The translations under genes and the position numbers were made by a program. DNA of 64,000 nt from Truepera sp. (GTDB lineage Bacteria; Deinococcota; Deinococci; Deinococcales; Trueperaceae). The notes under the pieces are model-generated. The model saw only the letters and a list, made by a program, of their open reading frames with translations, was not told the DNA's origin and searched no databases. Shown here piece by piece: positions 18,544 through 28,922 of the stretch. The DNA lies in the NCBI GenBank assembly GCA_965218435.1, contig CBDCKW010000009.1, positions 3,712,001-3,776,000 of the forward strand, written 5' to 3'. Numbering within the stretch: the first letter of the stretch is position 1; each line of letters begins with the position of its first letter.

Positions 18544-19056
18544 ATGACAAATGATTCCCCCAACTTCTCTCAATTTCGCTCGGGCACACCGTTGCTGCTT
18601 CCCGGCGGTGGACAGGTTGCTTACACCGAACTCAGCAAAAGTGGTTTAGCAGACCACTACCTCCGTATCGTTCACGACCTAGCCGGACACGGAAAACTGA
18701 CGCGTGAGCAGATCGAGAGTTTGGTAACTCGCTCAGCGTCGAGCGACCGGCGCAAACAGCAGGCGGTTAAAGTTGAACTCGAGGCCCTTCGCCCCCCGCC
18801 CGCCCGGACGCCCACGCCCCCACCGCCGAAACCCGGTGCACGCAGGAGCACCAAACCTGAAAGGGTCTTTGAACTCGTCTCTTCGGGCGACCACAAACAG
18901 GCGCTCAAACTTGCACAGAGCTACGGGCTGCGGCCCGTCCAGATACCGAAAAGCGCGCTGCGTCCGGGACAATCGCTCGACGCGCACACGGTGCGGGCAA
19001 CCGAAGCCGTAGCGAGCAAGCTGATTACGAGCGGGTGGTGGAAGACCGTTAAATAG
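18544..19056 (+). CDS. Hypothetical protein, two small domains joined by a Pro-rich linker
   Basis: 170-aa ORF with host-like codon usage; no recognised motif. Confidence 0.65.
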   Translation: MTNDSPNFSQFRSGTPLLLPGGGQVAYTELSKSGLADHYLRIVHDLAGHGKLTREQIESLVTRSASSDRRKQQAVKVELEALRPPPARTPTPPPPKPGARRSTKPERVFELVSSGDHKQALKLAQSYGLRPVQIPKSALRPGQSLDAHTVRATEAVASKLITSGWWKTVK

Positions 19057-19145
19057 GTCAGGCCATAGACTTTATGCACCCCATTAGGGCTTCATACCTT
19101 GGAGAACAGGTGTTGCTACGACATAGGGGATGATAACGTCTGTTT

Positions 19146-19661
19146 ATGTCAGATTCAATAATCAACTACTGGGACTATATAAGGAAGCTGAAGCGAGATT
19201 ATCGCCTCGACACGACCCAGCTCTTTGCGAGCGCAGACATTTTCCAGCAAGCTATCCGCGACCTCGCAGAGCCGTTCCGAGAGAAAGGGGTAACAAAGGT
19301 CGTGGCGCTTGACGCGCTAGGCTTCACACTTGGTGGAGGCGTCGCTTATGTTCTAGGCGCTGGGCTTGTGCATATCCGTAAGGAGGGCAAGGTGTCGTGG
19401 GACGTTGAAACGTATGCGTTCCGTGACTACAGCCGAACAGATAAGACGTTCGAGATAGCTAGTGACGCGGTACAAGCGGGTGATAATGCTTTGATTGTAG
19501 ACGACTGGTCCGAAACAGGCGCACAGCTCAAGGCCGCGTTTCACTTGGTCGAGCGTTTGCAGGGCCGAGCTGTTGGCGCTGCTCTCTTGCATATAGATGA
19601 ACCTGTACGGCGCGACCCATTGTTGTCTGGTTACACCCTCCACCACTTGTTCGATTACTGA
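19146..19661 (+). CDS. Adenine phosphoribosyltransferase-like type I PRTase
   Basis: ALDALGF, IRKEGK, PRPP loop LIVDDWSETG. Confidence 0.8.
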   Translation: MSDSIINYWDYIRKLKRDYRLDTTQLFASADIFQQAIRDLAEPFREKGVTKVVALDALGFTLGGGVAYVLGAGLVHIRKEGKVSWDVETYAFRDYSRTDKTFEIASDAVQAGDNALIVDDWSETGAQLKAAFHLVERLQGRAVGAALLHIDEPVRRDPLLSGYTLHHLFDY

Positions 19662-19824
19662 TAACGCCCCTAAACCAGTTATGCAGAACTTTTCCTATTT
19701 TGGAGGTGGGTACTACTCAAGCACCAACTACTAAATTTCACCCATTTACTACGCCCCTAGCCGCTGCGCCTCCGTCGCAAAAAATCAGTAGGTAGTGTTT
19801 CCGACTCGAGCAAACCTTTAGCCC

Positions 19825-21792
19825 TCACTTTGTCTCTAGCGCCTCGGTCAAGTTGGGGATTTGTTCAGCGCCGGTCAGCACCTCGAGGCTCGAGCCCTCA
19901 AAATCATCCCCTATAGGTTCGGCGCGGCCCCCCAGATGCTCGGCCAAAAATGCCTCGGCCACAGCGGTAAACGACAGAGTGTTGGCAGGACGCGCAAACC
20001 CGTGCCCCTCATCGGGATAGAGCACATAGGTTACCGGAATCTCTTTTTCTTGCAGTGCCGCGACGATTTGGTCGGACTCGGCCCTTTTAACCCGTGGGTC
20101 GTTCGCGCCCTGCGCGATCAGCAGCGGGCTGACAATGTTTCCGGCGTGAGTCAGCGGCGAGCGTTCAATAAGGAGTGCTTTACCCGCTTCCGTGCTCGGG
20201 TCACCCATCCGTTTGGAAAAGGTTGACAGCAGCGGTTTCCAGTAGGGCGGAACCGATTCGACTAGCGTCATCAGGTTGGACGGCCCGACGATATCTACAC
20301 CGGCGGCGTAGACTTCCGGGGTAAAGGTCAGCCCTGCCAGCGTCGCGTAGCCGCCGTAAGAGCCGCCCATAATCGCCACTTTGTCCCTTTGGGCAATGCC
20401 TTCAGAGATGGCCCAGTGAACGGCGTCGGTCAGGTCGTGTTGCATCGCGCCGCCCCACTCGAGGTTACCCGCGTTGATAAATCCTTTGCCGAACCCCGTC
20501 GAGCCCCGAAAGTTGACCGACAACACCGCGTACCCTCGGTTCGCCAGCCACTGATGGTAGGGCTGAAAGCCCCGGCGGTCACGCGCCCAAGGGCCGCCGT
20601 GAACAAACAAAACCAGCGGAAGTGGCGCGTCCGGGCGAGTATCGCCGTCTTTACTCGTACCGACCGGCAGCGTGAGGTAGCTGACCAGCTCGAGGCCGTC
20701 CCTGGCCCTGATCACCACCGGGTGCATCTGGGCTAGAGGCGCATCCTCTAAAGCGGGGCGGTCCGTAAAGAGAAACGTCGCCTCGCCTGCGTTTCGGTCG
20801 TACAAGTAGTAGGTCGTAGGCCCGTCCGCGAGCGTGTAAGCGACCAGCCAGGTGCGGTCGTCTAAAGTGCGGCTGACGACGCTGAGGTCGCCGCCTGTCA
20901 CGGTGCGCAGGTACTCGAGGTCACTGGCAATGCTCTCGTCTAAAACCGTCCAGCTGACCCGTTCGTATTCACTGGCAACAGCTTGCAGGGTCTTTTCAGT
21001 CGGGTGAATAAGCGCGTCGCTCACGTCTGCACGGGGGTCTACAAACAGCATGTCTGACTCGCCGGTAGCTAAATTGACCTTCACTGCCGCCGCCGTATCG
21101 CGCCCGCGACTGTCCATCATATAGACATAGGTGCCGGACTTGTCTAACCCAATCGGCTGCGTCGTAAGGCTGTCCTCCAAGCTGGCGGTGATAAGAAGTT
21201 CCCAGCCCTCCTCGGTTCGCTGCAAGATTTCGGACTCGCCGTCCGCCGTCGCACGGTTGCCGAGGTGGAGCTGATAATCGTCGTCCGTCATGTAACCAAT
21301 CAGGTTGTCGGTATTCTCGTAAACTAAGGTGCGCTCACCGCTCCCGATGTTGATACGGTAGAGGTCGAATACTTCGGGGTTACGGGCGTTGAGGCCGACC
21401 AAAACTTCGTTGGGTAACTTCGGACTCAGCTTCTGTATTTGCGCGTTGACCCCCTCAACCGGGGTGAGGTCTTGGGTATCACCCGAAGCCAGATTCACTC
21501 GGTACACGTGCCAGTTCTCATCGCCACCTTTATCTTGCTGGTAAAGAACCGCGTCGCCCGTGTACGCCCAAGCGTAGTTGCGGATACCTCTTTCGGTGTC
21601 GTTCGTCACCGGTTCGGCGGCCTCCGGCTGATCCACGGGACCGACCCAAACGTTGAGCACGCCGCCACTGGGCGCGAGGTAGCTGAGTTGGGTGCCGTCA
21701 GGACTCAGACGGGCCTGCGTTTTTTCGGGATTGCCGAAGAGGAGGTCCCTGGGAATCAACTTGGTGGTGTTACCGGAAGATGTCATTGTCAC
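19825..21792 (-). CDS. S9 family (prolyl oligo/acylaminoacyl) peptidase
   Basis: Beta-propeller N-terminus; HGGPW, NFRGSTGFG, GGSYGG, GANDPRV, DEGHG. Confidence 0.95.
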   Translation of the reverse strand: MTMTSSGNTTKLIPRDLLFGNPEKTQARLSPDGTQLSYLAPSGGVLNVWVGPVDQPEAAEPVTNDTERGIRNYAWAYTGDAVLYQQDKGGDENWHVYRVNLASGDTQDLTPVEGVNAQIQKLSPKLPNEVLVGLNARNPEVFDLYRINIGSGERTLVYENTDNLIGYMTDDDYQLHLGNRATADGESEILQRTEEGWELLITASLEDSLTTQPIGLDKSGTYVYMMDSRGRDTAAAVKVNLATGESDMLFVDPRADVSDALIHPTEKTLQAVASEYERVSWTVLDESIASDLEYLRTVTGGDLSVVSRTLDDRTWLVAYTLADGPTTYYLYDRNAGEATFLFTDRPALEDAPLAQMHPVVIRARDGLELVSYLTLPVGTSKDGDTRPDAPLPLVLFVHGGPWARDRRGFQPYHQWLANRGYAVLSVNFRGSTGFGKGFINAGNLEWGGAMQHDLTDAVHWAISEGIAQRDKVAIMGGSYGGYATLAGLTFTPEVYAAGVDIVGPSNLMTLVESVPPYWKPLLSTFSKRMGDPSTEAGKALLIERSPLTHAGNIVSPLLIAQGANDPRVKRAESDQIVAALQEKEIPVTYVLYPDEGHGFARPANTLSFTAVAEAFLAEHLGGRAEPIGDDFEGSSLEVLTGAEQIPNLTEALETK

Positions 21793-22033
21793 CTTACCTT
21801 TCGTCTGCTTTTGCGTATATCTAAGATTCTGACTTGACGTGTAACAACCCTGGGGTAGGTTGCTCGAGCGGTTGCGTCATTCTAGGCTGAAAGTAATCCA
21901 GGAGTTTATAGGCCATCTGATAGTTGACCTCGATATGTACATCTCCTGTTCTTGCTACCGAAACCAGCGTATATAGCAAACAGGTTTAAGTTATACCCAC
22001 TTGCAAGGGAACGCTGTGTATTAATCTATTTGT

Positions 22034-22423
22034 ATGAGTGAGCCTGTTTTAAGATGGAAATTAAATGATCTGCTCGAGGGTGCGAACGTAAGCGTCTACG
22101 CCCTTAATCAGCAGTTGGTCGCGGCGGGGCGCGGTGTTTCTAGAAACACACTCTACCGCCTTGCTAGCGAACAACCTGAACGTATTGACCTCGAGGTCGC
22201 AGGCCGGGTGCTCTGGGGCCTCGAGCAACTTACCGGCAACCATTACACTGTGACGGATTTACTCGAGTACGAACCCGGAGCAGCGGACGATGACCGGGCC
22301 TGGTTGGACGCCGACCTCTCGCGCCTGGGCGAATACCAGCCCTACGACTGGGGCGAGGGAGAAGCCGACGAGGGAGAAACCTTAAGCTTTGTGCCCGGTC
22401 AAGGTTTGGTCATCGGTGAGTAG
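22034..22423 (+). CDS. Xre-type HTH protein, probable antitoxin
   Basis: HTH (VSRNTLYRLA), acidic C-tail WLDADLS...YDWG; overlaps the start of a MazF-like gene. Confidence 0.75.
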   Translation: MSEPVLRWKLNDLLEGANVSVYALNQQLVAAGRGVSRNTLYRLASEQPERIDLEVAGRVLWGLEQLTGNHYTVTDLLEYEPGAADDDRAWLDADLSRLGEYQPYDWGEGEADEGETLSFVPGQGLVIGE

Positions 22424-22706
22424 CCAAGGTGTGCTCAGCATCGGCGACATAGTAACAGCGGCCATCCCCGAGAGGGTCCCATCAGGTCACGAGCAGGAGG
22501 GCTTGCGGCCTGCGGTGGTCGTGCCGGAACTGCTGGGCCGACCTCGTTTTGATATGGTGCTGGTGGCACCGCTCACCACCGACCGACAAGAGAGCTGGAG
22601 CCGTTCTCCGCTTTAACCTCGTTTGAAGGCGGGTACAGGCGGGTTGCCAAAAGACTCGGTTGTATTACTCGAGCAGACTAGAGCACTCGACATTCTCTCA
22701 AAGTAA
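22416..22706 (+). pseudogene. PemK/MazF toxin, inactivated (internal TAA and truncated C-terminus)
   Basis: GDIV...P.GHEQEGLRPAVVV...VAPLTT...SPL*PRLKAGTGGLPKDSVVLLEQTRALD; TAA at 22614-22616. Confidence 0.85.
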
Positions 22707-22810
22707 ACGCCTAGACATTTATCTAAAAAATCTCCACAAGTTAAATTTTCTTCAGCTTCCGCATAGCTTTACCGTTACCCTAAAGGTACATTTAACTATG
22801 AAGGAGATTT

Positions 22811-23203
22811 ATGATAATTGCCCGCTTTAGAGTTATAGCCTTAGTGTTTCTTGCAGTAGCACTAACTTCATGCAACCTCGCTTCAGCTCCGAAGATTGAT
22901 GCCACCGGCTTTTGGTCGGGTACTGGAACTTCTACTAATGGTGTAACTCAACCGATAACATTTAGTCTAACTGAATCTGAAGCGCAGGGAGATGTACCGG
23001 TGTATGGCACACTGACAGTTAACAACATACCTCTTAATGTCAGTGGTAAACGCAGAGAAAACAGACTTGCGTTGACTTACACTGATGCATCAAGTGTCGT
23101 TTTAGTCGCAGCCACAATAGATGGTGACAGCATGTCGGGCGAGCTGAACATTCTCACTGGTGGAGTAGCCGACGCCAAGGCTACGTTTACGGTCACAAGA
23201 TAA
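22811..23203 (+). CDS. Hypothetical lipoprotein (beta-rich)
   Basis: AAGGAG RBS, signal peptide with lipobox LTSC, AT-richer than flanks. Confidence 0.8.
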   Translation: MIIARFRVIALVFLAVALTSCNLASAPKIDATGFWSGTGTSTNGVTQPITFSLTESEAQGDVPVYGTLTVNNIPLNVSGKRRENRLALTYTDASSVVLVAATIDGDSMSGELNILTGGVADAKATFTVTR

Positions 23204-23291
23204 TAGCTCTAGGCTGTTCCTGTCTTTCTGAGTGACATAAACTCACAACCTTATCTATTGAACGTAGACTGTCAGTCAAATCTTGGTTCGG

Positions 23292-24716
23292 TTACTGCAT
23301 ACCTAAACGCTTCGCCTCCGCCGCAAAAAAGCGGTAGGTGGTGTTGTCAGGCTCGAGCCCCAACGCCTTGCCATACGCCGCTGCCGCCTCACCGTAACTT
23401 CCCGACTCAAAGGCCAAGCGCCCGAGCCAACCCCACGCGTCGGCGTAGTTAGGGGCCTCTTTCGTGGCCGTTTCAAACGCCTGCCGTGCAGCCTCTAAGT
23501 CAGCCTCTTCATACGCCCGAACGCCCGCATCAAACGCCCGAGTCGCACCCTCACTGATGGCCTGCTGAGAGCGGGCGGTCTCGAGAAAATACTGCGCTCT
23601 CTTATCGTCCGGGTTGAGCGACACAACGCGCTCCCAGTACGGCACAGCCCGCGCCGCTTGGCCCGATTCTTGCAGGCTGCGGGCGGCCCAGCTCGCGGCG
23701 GCTGGATACTCCGGGTTGGCGTCGCTCGCTTTGGTAAACCGCTCGGCTGCGTCTCGCACCTCGCCCCGGTTATAGAGGTCTTGTCCGGCGTAAAACGCCC
23801 GCCCCGCCGCTGCGCCCCAGGTTTCTTGCGCCTCGGCCAGCGTCAGGTAATAGGTGACCGTCTGGTCATCTGGTTTGCGTTCTAACAGGGCTTGCCAAAA
23901 TCGCTTGGCGACGCGGGGACGGCCCAGCTCGAGCGCCACTCGTCCGGCCCAAGTTGCCGCCTCTTCAAAGTCGGGATTGACGTCGGCGGCGCGGGTAAAG
24001 GCGTCTAACGCAGCGGCTTTTTGACCGGCGTTGTAGGCGGTCAGACCTTCGTTAAAGGCTCCCGTCGAATCGGCCCCGAATTTGAGCTGCTGTTGGCTCT
24101 GCGCCAGGTAGTAACGGGCAGTTTTGTCGCCGGGTTTAAGCGTCAGCACGCGCTGCCAGTACATCTCGGCTTTTTTAGACTCGCCCTGCTCGAGCGCAAT
24201 CCTTCCTAACCAGGTGAGCGCCTCGACGTTTCGGGGCTCGAGTTCACTGACCTTTTCAAAGACTTGGGCCGCGTCTGCTAAATTTCCGGCGGTGTAACGG
24301 GCGTACCCGAGTTCGCGGCCCGCCTCGCTGACGGCCTTAAGTGACGGGGCGTCAAGCTCGCCGCCCGCCGCCAGGTACGCGTTCCAAACATCCCAGGCGC
24401 GGCCGTTCCACGATAAGGTGCTGTAGATTTGGGCTAAAAACCGTAAACTGGTGAGATTTTCCGGGTCTGCGGCTCTTGCCGCCTCACCTAAGTCAACAGC
24501 CTCACGCCATAAGGGTTGGTCGGGGGTCGGGAGTGCGCCCTCGTTGCGGGCTTTTTCTGCTGCTGCCTGGGCCTGTGCCAAAAGCTGCGCAGCTGTCGGC
24601 GTTTTTGTCTGTTCGGTCGTTTGTTCTGTAGGCGTAGACGTAGGCGAAATCGGCGTCACGACAATCTGCGCCGAGGCTATCCCGGCCCACGCCAGACTTA
24701 GCAGTACCCATTTCAC
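23292..24716 (-). CDS. Secreted tetratricopeptide-repeat protein
   Basis: Signal peptide, multiple TPR units (e.g. EPRNVEALTWLGRIALEQGE). Confidence 0.9.
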   Translation of the reverse strand: MKWVLLSLAWAGIASAQIVVTPISPTSTPTEQTTEQTKTPTAAQLLAQAQAAAEKARNEGALPTPDQPLWREAVDLGEAARAADPENLTSLRFLAQIYSTLSWNGRAWDVWNAYLAAGGELDAPSLKAVSEAGRELGYARYTAGNLADAAQVFEKVSELEPRNVEALTWLGRIALEQGESKKAEMYWQRVLTLKPGDKTARYYLAQSQQQLKFGADSTGAFNEGLTAYNAGQKAAALDAFTRAADVNPDFEEAATWAGRVALELGRPRVAKRFWQALLERKPDDQTVTYYLTLAEAQETWGAAAGRAFYAGQDLYNRGEVRDAAERFTKASDANPEYPAAASWAARSLQESGQAARAVPYWERVVSLNPDDKRAQYFLETARSQQAISEGATRAFDAGVRAYEEADLEAARQAFETATKEAPNYADAWGWLGRLAFESGSYGEAAAAYGKALGLEPDNTTYRFFAAEAKRLGMQ

Positions 24717-24790
24717 CCCTTTAGTCTACTGTCCCAACCTGAGCGTAGGGCTAACGCAGCGCACGGCTCCGGGCTGCTACACTGAGCCCT

Positions 24791-26104
24791 ATGTTTGAGA
24801 GTCTAGGAGACAGATTACAAGGAGTTTTTGACGGTCTGCGCGGGCGCGGCCGCCTGACCGAAGCCGAGGTCAAAACGGCGCTGCGCGAGGTGCGGGTCGC
24901 GCTGTTAGAAGCCGACGTCAATTTAGAAGTTGCCAGAGAGTTCACTAAACGTGTGCAGGAAAAAGCGATCGGTTCCGATACGCTGTTGTCGCTCCAACCC
25001 GACCAACGTGTGGTTTCTATCGTTCACGACGAACTCGTAGAGATTTTGGGCGGCAAGGCCGCGCAACCGAGTCTCAAAAATGAAGCGAACGTCTGGATGC
25101 TTTTAGGGCTTCAGGGCGCAGGGAAAACGACCACCGCGGGCAAGCTCGCGTATAAGTACAAAGCGCAGGGGAGGCGGCCTCTACTCGTCGCGGCCGACAC
25201 GCAGCGCCCCGCCGCTAGGGAACAGCTCCGGGTTTTGGGCAATCAAATCGGTGTGCCGGTGTTAGAAGTTGAGGACGATGAAACGCCGGAGCGTACCAAA
25301 GCGCGGCTCCAAGAATACCTGCGGACGAACTTCCGCGATTTGGTCATTGTAGATACCGCCGGACGCCTCCAGATTGACGAAGCTTTAATGGACGCGGTGG
25401 CCGACCTCAAAGCGGCCGTTGAACCCAACGAGACGATGTTGGTGATTGACTCGATGACCGGGCAGCAGTCGTTGCCGGTCGCCCAAGCGTTCGACGCCCG
25501 CGTCGGGGTATCGGGTCTGATTATGACGAAGCTCGACGGGGACGCGCGCGGCGGCGCAGCCTTATCCGCCAAACACGTGACGGGTAAACCCATCTATTTT
25601 GCGGGGATGAGCGAGAAGATTGACGGCCTCGAGCCCTTCTATCCCGACCGCGTAGCAGGCCGCATCCTCGGCATGGGCGACGTCATGACGCTCATCGAAA
25701 AAGCCAAGGTCCTAGAGGGCGACGATGATGAAGTAGGTCCTGCCAGCCTCAAAGACTTTTCGCTCCAAGACATGCTCACCCAGATGCGCAAAATCAAACG
25801 GATGGGCTCGTTTGGCGACATCATGAAGATGATTCCGGGCGCGAGCAAGATGCTGCCGCCGGGCGCTGAAATTGACGAGGGCGAAATCGGGCGGATCGAG
25901 GCGATTATCTCCAGCATGACCGACAAAGAGCGCCGTCAACCCAAACTCTTAAACGCCAACCGCCGCAAACGCATCGCGGCCGGGTCCGGCACGACGGTGC
26001 AAGACGTGAACCGTTTGATGAAAAACTACGAGCAGATGAAAAAAATGATGAAACAGTTTGGCCGTCGGCCACCGAAGATGCCGGGGCGGAGCTTGGGGCG
26101 GTAG
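24791..26104 (+). CDS. ffh: Signal recognition particle protein
   Basis: [39 protein letters not shown], Met-rich M domain. Confidence 0.98.
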   Translation: MFESLGDRLQGVFDGLRGRGRLTEAEVKTALREVRVALLEADVNLEVAREFTKRVQEKAIGSDTLLSLQPDQRVVSIVHDELVEILGGKAAQPSLKNEANVWMLLGLQGAGKTTTAGKLAYKYKAQGRRPLLVAADTQRPAAREQLRVLGNQIGVPVLEVEDDETPERTKARLQEYLRTNFRDLVIVDTAGRLQIDEALMDAVADLKAAVEPNETMLVIDSMTGQQSLPVAQAFDARVGVSGLIMTKLDGDARGGAALSAKHVTGKPIYFAGMSEKIDGLEPFYPDRVAGRILGMGDVMTLIEKAKVLEGDDDEVGPASLKDFSLQDMLTQMRKIKRMGSFGDIMKMIPGASKMLPPGAEIDEGEIGRIEAIISSMTDKERRQPKLLNANRRKRIAAGSGTTVQDVNRLMKNYEQMKKMMKQFGRRPPKMPGRSLGR

Positions 26105-26147
26105 CGGGCTACCACGTTTTTCGGCTGATTTAGAACCAAGGATAACG

Positions 26148-26834
26148 ATGCGTGATGTCATCATCGGCAAGGGTAAATTGGCAGGCAAAGGCATTTATGC
26201 GGCTCGTGATTTTGACAAGTGTGAATTGGTCGTTCCATACAACCTGACCGAGCTAAGCCAAGCCGAATTTGATGCCCTACCCTATAGTGAACGTGAGTGG
26301 ACACACTCTTTTTGGGGTAAGATTTACCTTTTTCCTGAACCGGCCAGGTACGTGAACCATGATGACGACCCGAGTACCTACCCAGACCTGGATAGAACGG
26401 GCAATTTTGCTCTACGCTCTATCAAATCAGGGGAGGCTATCACCATTGATGACACGGTTGAACTGCGAAACGAGCTAAACACATTTTTGGAGGCTTACGA
26501 AAAAGCAGCGAATAGCAGAGATTTTGATAAGGTCGCCCCGTTCATCGCGGAAGGTGCGTCGTTCTGGTTCACGAACGGTTCTTATGAAGGCAGAAGGGAG
26601 ATCAGGAAAGCCTTTGAGGATAGCTGGTTGGGCGTTCGGGAGGAAACGTACACCACCACTGAGGTGACATGGGTTGTCGCCTCTTACTGGAATTCAGCCT
26701 GCACCTATACGTTTAGGTCAGAAGGCTTTGTTGAGGGTCGGCAGCAAAGTTCCAAGGGTCGCGGGACGAGCGTACTGCGACGGCTAGCGGGTAGCTGGCG
26801 AATTGTCCACGAGCATCTAAGCAAGGCGGTATGA
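26148..26834 (+). CDS. SET domain fused to NTF2/SnoaL-like (DUF4440-type) domain
   Basis: AAGGA RBS and ATG 26148. SET motifs GKGIYAARDF, ARYVNH, ALRSIKSGEAITID. C-half YEKAANSRDFD...GRREIR...WRIVHEHLS. Confidence 0.8.
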   Translation: MRDVIIGKGKLAGKGIYAARDFDKCELVVPYNLTELSQAEFDALPYSEREWTHSFWGKIYLFPEPARYVNHDDDPSTYPDLDRTGNFALRSIKSGEAITIDDTVELRNELNTFLEAYEKAANSRDFDKVAPFIAEGASFWFTNGSYEGRREIRKAFEDSWLGVREETYTTTEVTWVVASYWNSACTYTFRSEGFVEGRQQSSKGRGTSVLRRLAGSWRIVHEHLSKAV

Positions 26835-27033
26835 ACCGCGAGCTATCCAGGTAACTGCAACACTTTCTTCTCTATTGCTTTTTACCTCCCGCACATGACT
26901 CGACCAGCTTCTCGCTTGACCTCGTTGCTCACAAAAACTAGCTTAACCGGCCTGAATCTGCTAGACTTGCAAGGTTGCCCGTTTGGGCTTAAGTATCTCG
27001 TTATAGTTGGGTTTAGAGCCTACGGAGGAACTC

Positions 27034-27348
27034 ATGGTTAAGATTCGCCTTATGCGCCTCGGCGCAAAGAAAAACCCCCATTACCGCGTGGTTGTCATTG
27101 ACGCCCGCAAACGCCGGAGCAGCGAGTACATCGAACTGCTCGGTCACTATGACCCGCGCGAAACCGTCGCCGAACCGCTTAAAATCAACGTCGAGCGGGC
27201 GCAGCACTGGTTGTCGCAGGGTGCGCAACCGACCGATACGGCTTTGAGGCTTTTGGAACGTGCTGGCGTCGCAGCCGGTGCTGTGCGCGTCAAGCAGGGC
27301 CGCGCCTATACTGCCCGCACCGAAGCGCGGGCTGCTCAAAGCGCCTAA
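27034..27348 (+). CDS. rpsP: 30S ribosomal protein S16
   Basis: [21 protein letters not shown]...IELLGHYDP...GAQPTDT; GGAGG RBS. Confidence 0.97.
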   Translation: MVKIRLMRLGAKKNPHYRVVVIDARKRRSSEYIELLGHYDPRETVAEPLKINVERAQHWLSQGAQPTDTALRLLERAGVAAGAVRVKQGRAYTARTEARAAQSA

Positions 27349-27362
27349 CTAGCTAACCGTTT

Positions 27363-27596
27363 ATGGTGGCCGAGCTTGTCGCGCTGATCGTGCAAAATCT
27401 GGTGTCTGAACCGGACAAGCTGACGGTTTCCTCGCGTGCTGAAGGGCGTAACCTGCTCGTTGAGATTCGCTGTGCGCCGGAAGATGCTGGACGTATTATC
27501 GGCCGCGGCGGGCGCACCATTAACAGTATCCGCACGTTGGCAAGGGCCGCTTCTGAAGGGCAAGAGCGTGTCGAAGTGCAACTGCTCAACGCTTAA
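27363..27596 (+). CDS. khpA: KH-domain RNA-binding protein
   Basis: GRIIGRGGRTINSIRTL; canonical position between rpsP and rimM. Confidence 0.9.
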   Translation: MVAELVALIVQNLVSEPDKLTVSSRAEGRNLLVEIRCAPEDAGRIIGRGGRTINSIRTLARAASEGQERVEVQLLNA

Positions 27597-27605
27597 GCAA
27601 CTTTG

Positions 27606-28133
27606 ATGGCAGCTTCAGATACAGTCCCAGACAATTACGTTCTGCTCGGTACGCTAGGCAGGACGTTTCAGTTGGAGGGTGGCCTGCGGTTTTACGCGCT
27701 CGGTGACGCAGAAGAGGCCGCGATTAAAGACCTTAAACGTGTCTTTTTAGAGGGCGTTGGTGAACTTGCTATCACCCGTGTGCGTCCGATCGGGGCACAA
27801 CTCATCCTCTACTTTGTTGGGACAACCAATCCGCAAACCGCGCAGCTGCTAGTTAACGCTGAAGTCTACGCCGCCAAAGATGCGCTCCCGGAAACGCCCG
27901 CGCACTACTTAGATTTGCTGCTCGAGCTCCCCGTCACCGTCAACGGTGAACCGCTCGGCGAAGTGGTAGACGTGATTCCGGCAGGCGGCGACATCGGTCA
28001 AGATGTGCTAGTTGTGGGGGCCGGTGAACGCGAAGTGCTAATCCCCTTGCAAGCTGATTATGTGAGCATTACCGAAGCCGGGGTGACGCTCATAAACCCG
28101 CCTGAAGGGTTGCTCGAGCTTAACGCCAACTGA
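27606..28133 (+). CDS. rimM: Ribosome maturation factor RimM
   Basis: [15 protein letters not shown] barrel LGEVVDV...VLIP; synteny. Confidence 0.9.
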   Translation: MAASDTVPDNYVLLGTLGRTFQLEGGLRFYALGDAEEAAIKDLKRVFLEGVGELAITRVRPIGAQLILYFVGTTNPQTAQLLVNAEVYAAKDALPETPAHYLDLLLELPVTVNGEPLGEVVDVIPAGGDIGQDVLVVGAGEREVLIPLQADYVSITEAGVTLINPPEGLLELNAN

Positions 28134-28161
28134 GCACCTGAAGATAAATGCCCACAAAGCC

Positions 28162-28884
28162 GTGAAATACACTGTCCTGACCCTATTTCCGCAACTCATC
28201 CGACCTTGGACACAAGAGGCACTTTTGGGGCGCGCGGTCAAAGCGGGACTGCTCGAGTTCGATCTGCGTGACCTTCGTGACTACGCCGGAAACCGTCATC
28301 GCCGGGTAGACGACACGCCCTACGGCGGCGGCGCGGGGATGGTTATTCGGGTAGATGTGGCAGCGCGGGCGCTCGCTGAGGTGAGCGAACCTGACGAAGT
28401 TATCCTGCTCTCACCTGCTGGGGAACCTCTGACGCAGCGTCTGGCCGAACAACTCGCGCAAAAGGAGCATCTCTGCTTGCTCTCCGGGCGTTATGAAGGT
28501 TTTGACGCCCGCACCGAAGCACTTGTCACGCGTGAGGTCAGCGTCGGCGACTTTGTGATGATGGGCGGTGAGGTTGCGGCACTCGCGCTGATCGAGGCGA
28601 CGGCGCGGCTGTTACCGGGTGTTTTAGGTGACGCGGAGAGTCACGCGCAAGATTCGTTTACGACCGGCTTGTTAGATTACCCGGAGTACACGCGGCCCCT
28701 AAGCTATGGGGGCACAAGCGTTCCTGACATGCTCTTAAGTGGTCATCATGCTTACATTACGCGGTGGCGGCGGGAACAGGCGCTCCTCAGGACCTTGGCG
28801 CGTCGCCCGGAGCTGTTGCAACAAACCGAGCTGAGCAACGAGGATAAGGTGTTTCTCGAGGCTCAAAAAAAAGCGACCCCGTAA
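28162..28884 (+). CDS. trmD: tRNA (guanine37-N1)-methyltransferase
   Basis: [45 protein letters not shown]. Confidence 0.98.
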   Translation: MKYTVLTLFPQLIRPWTQEALLGRAVKAGLLEFDLRDLRDYAGNRHRRVDDTPYGGGAGMVIRVDVAARALAEVSEPDEVILLSPAGEPLTQRLAEQLAQKEHLCLLSGRYEGFDARTEALVTREVSVGDFVMMGGEVAALALIEATARLLPGVLGDAESHAQDSFTTGLLDYPEYTRPLSYGGTSVPDMLLSGHHAYITRWRREQALLRTLARRPELLQQTELSNEDKVFLEAQKKATP

Positions 28885-28922
28885 GGCCGCCTCGTCTAAT
28901 TTTGATCTAACTGTCTACAAGC

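Noticed and set aside
19146..26834. Using absence of CTCGAG to mark apt-like, lipoprotein and SET genes as foreign
   Set aside because: The segments are too short (about one site expected each), and core pckA also lacks the motif
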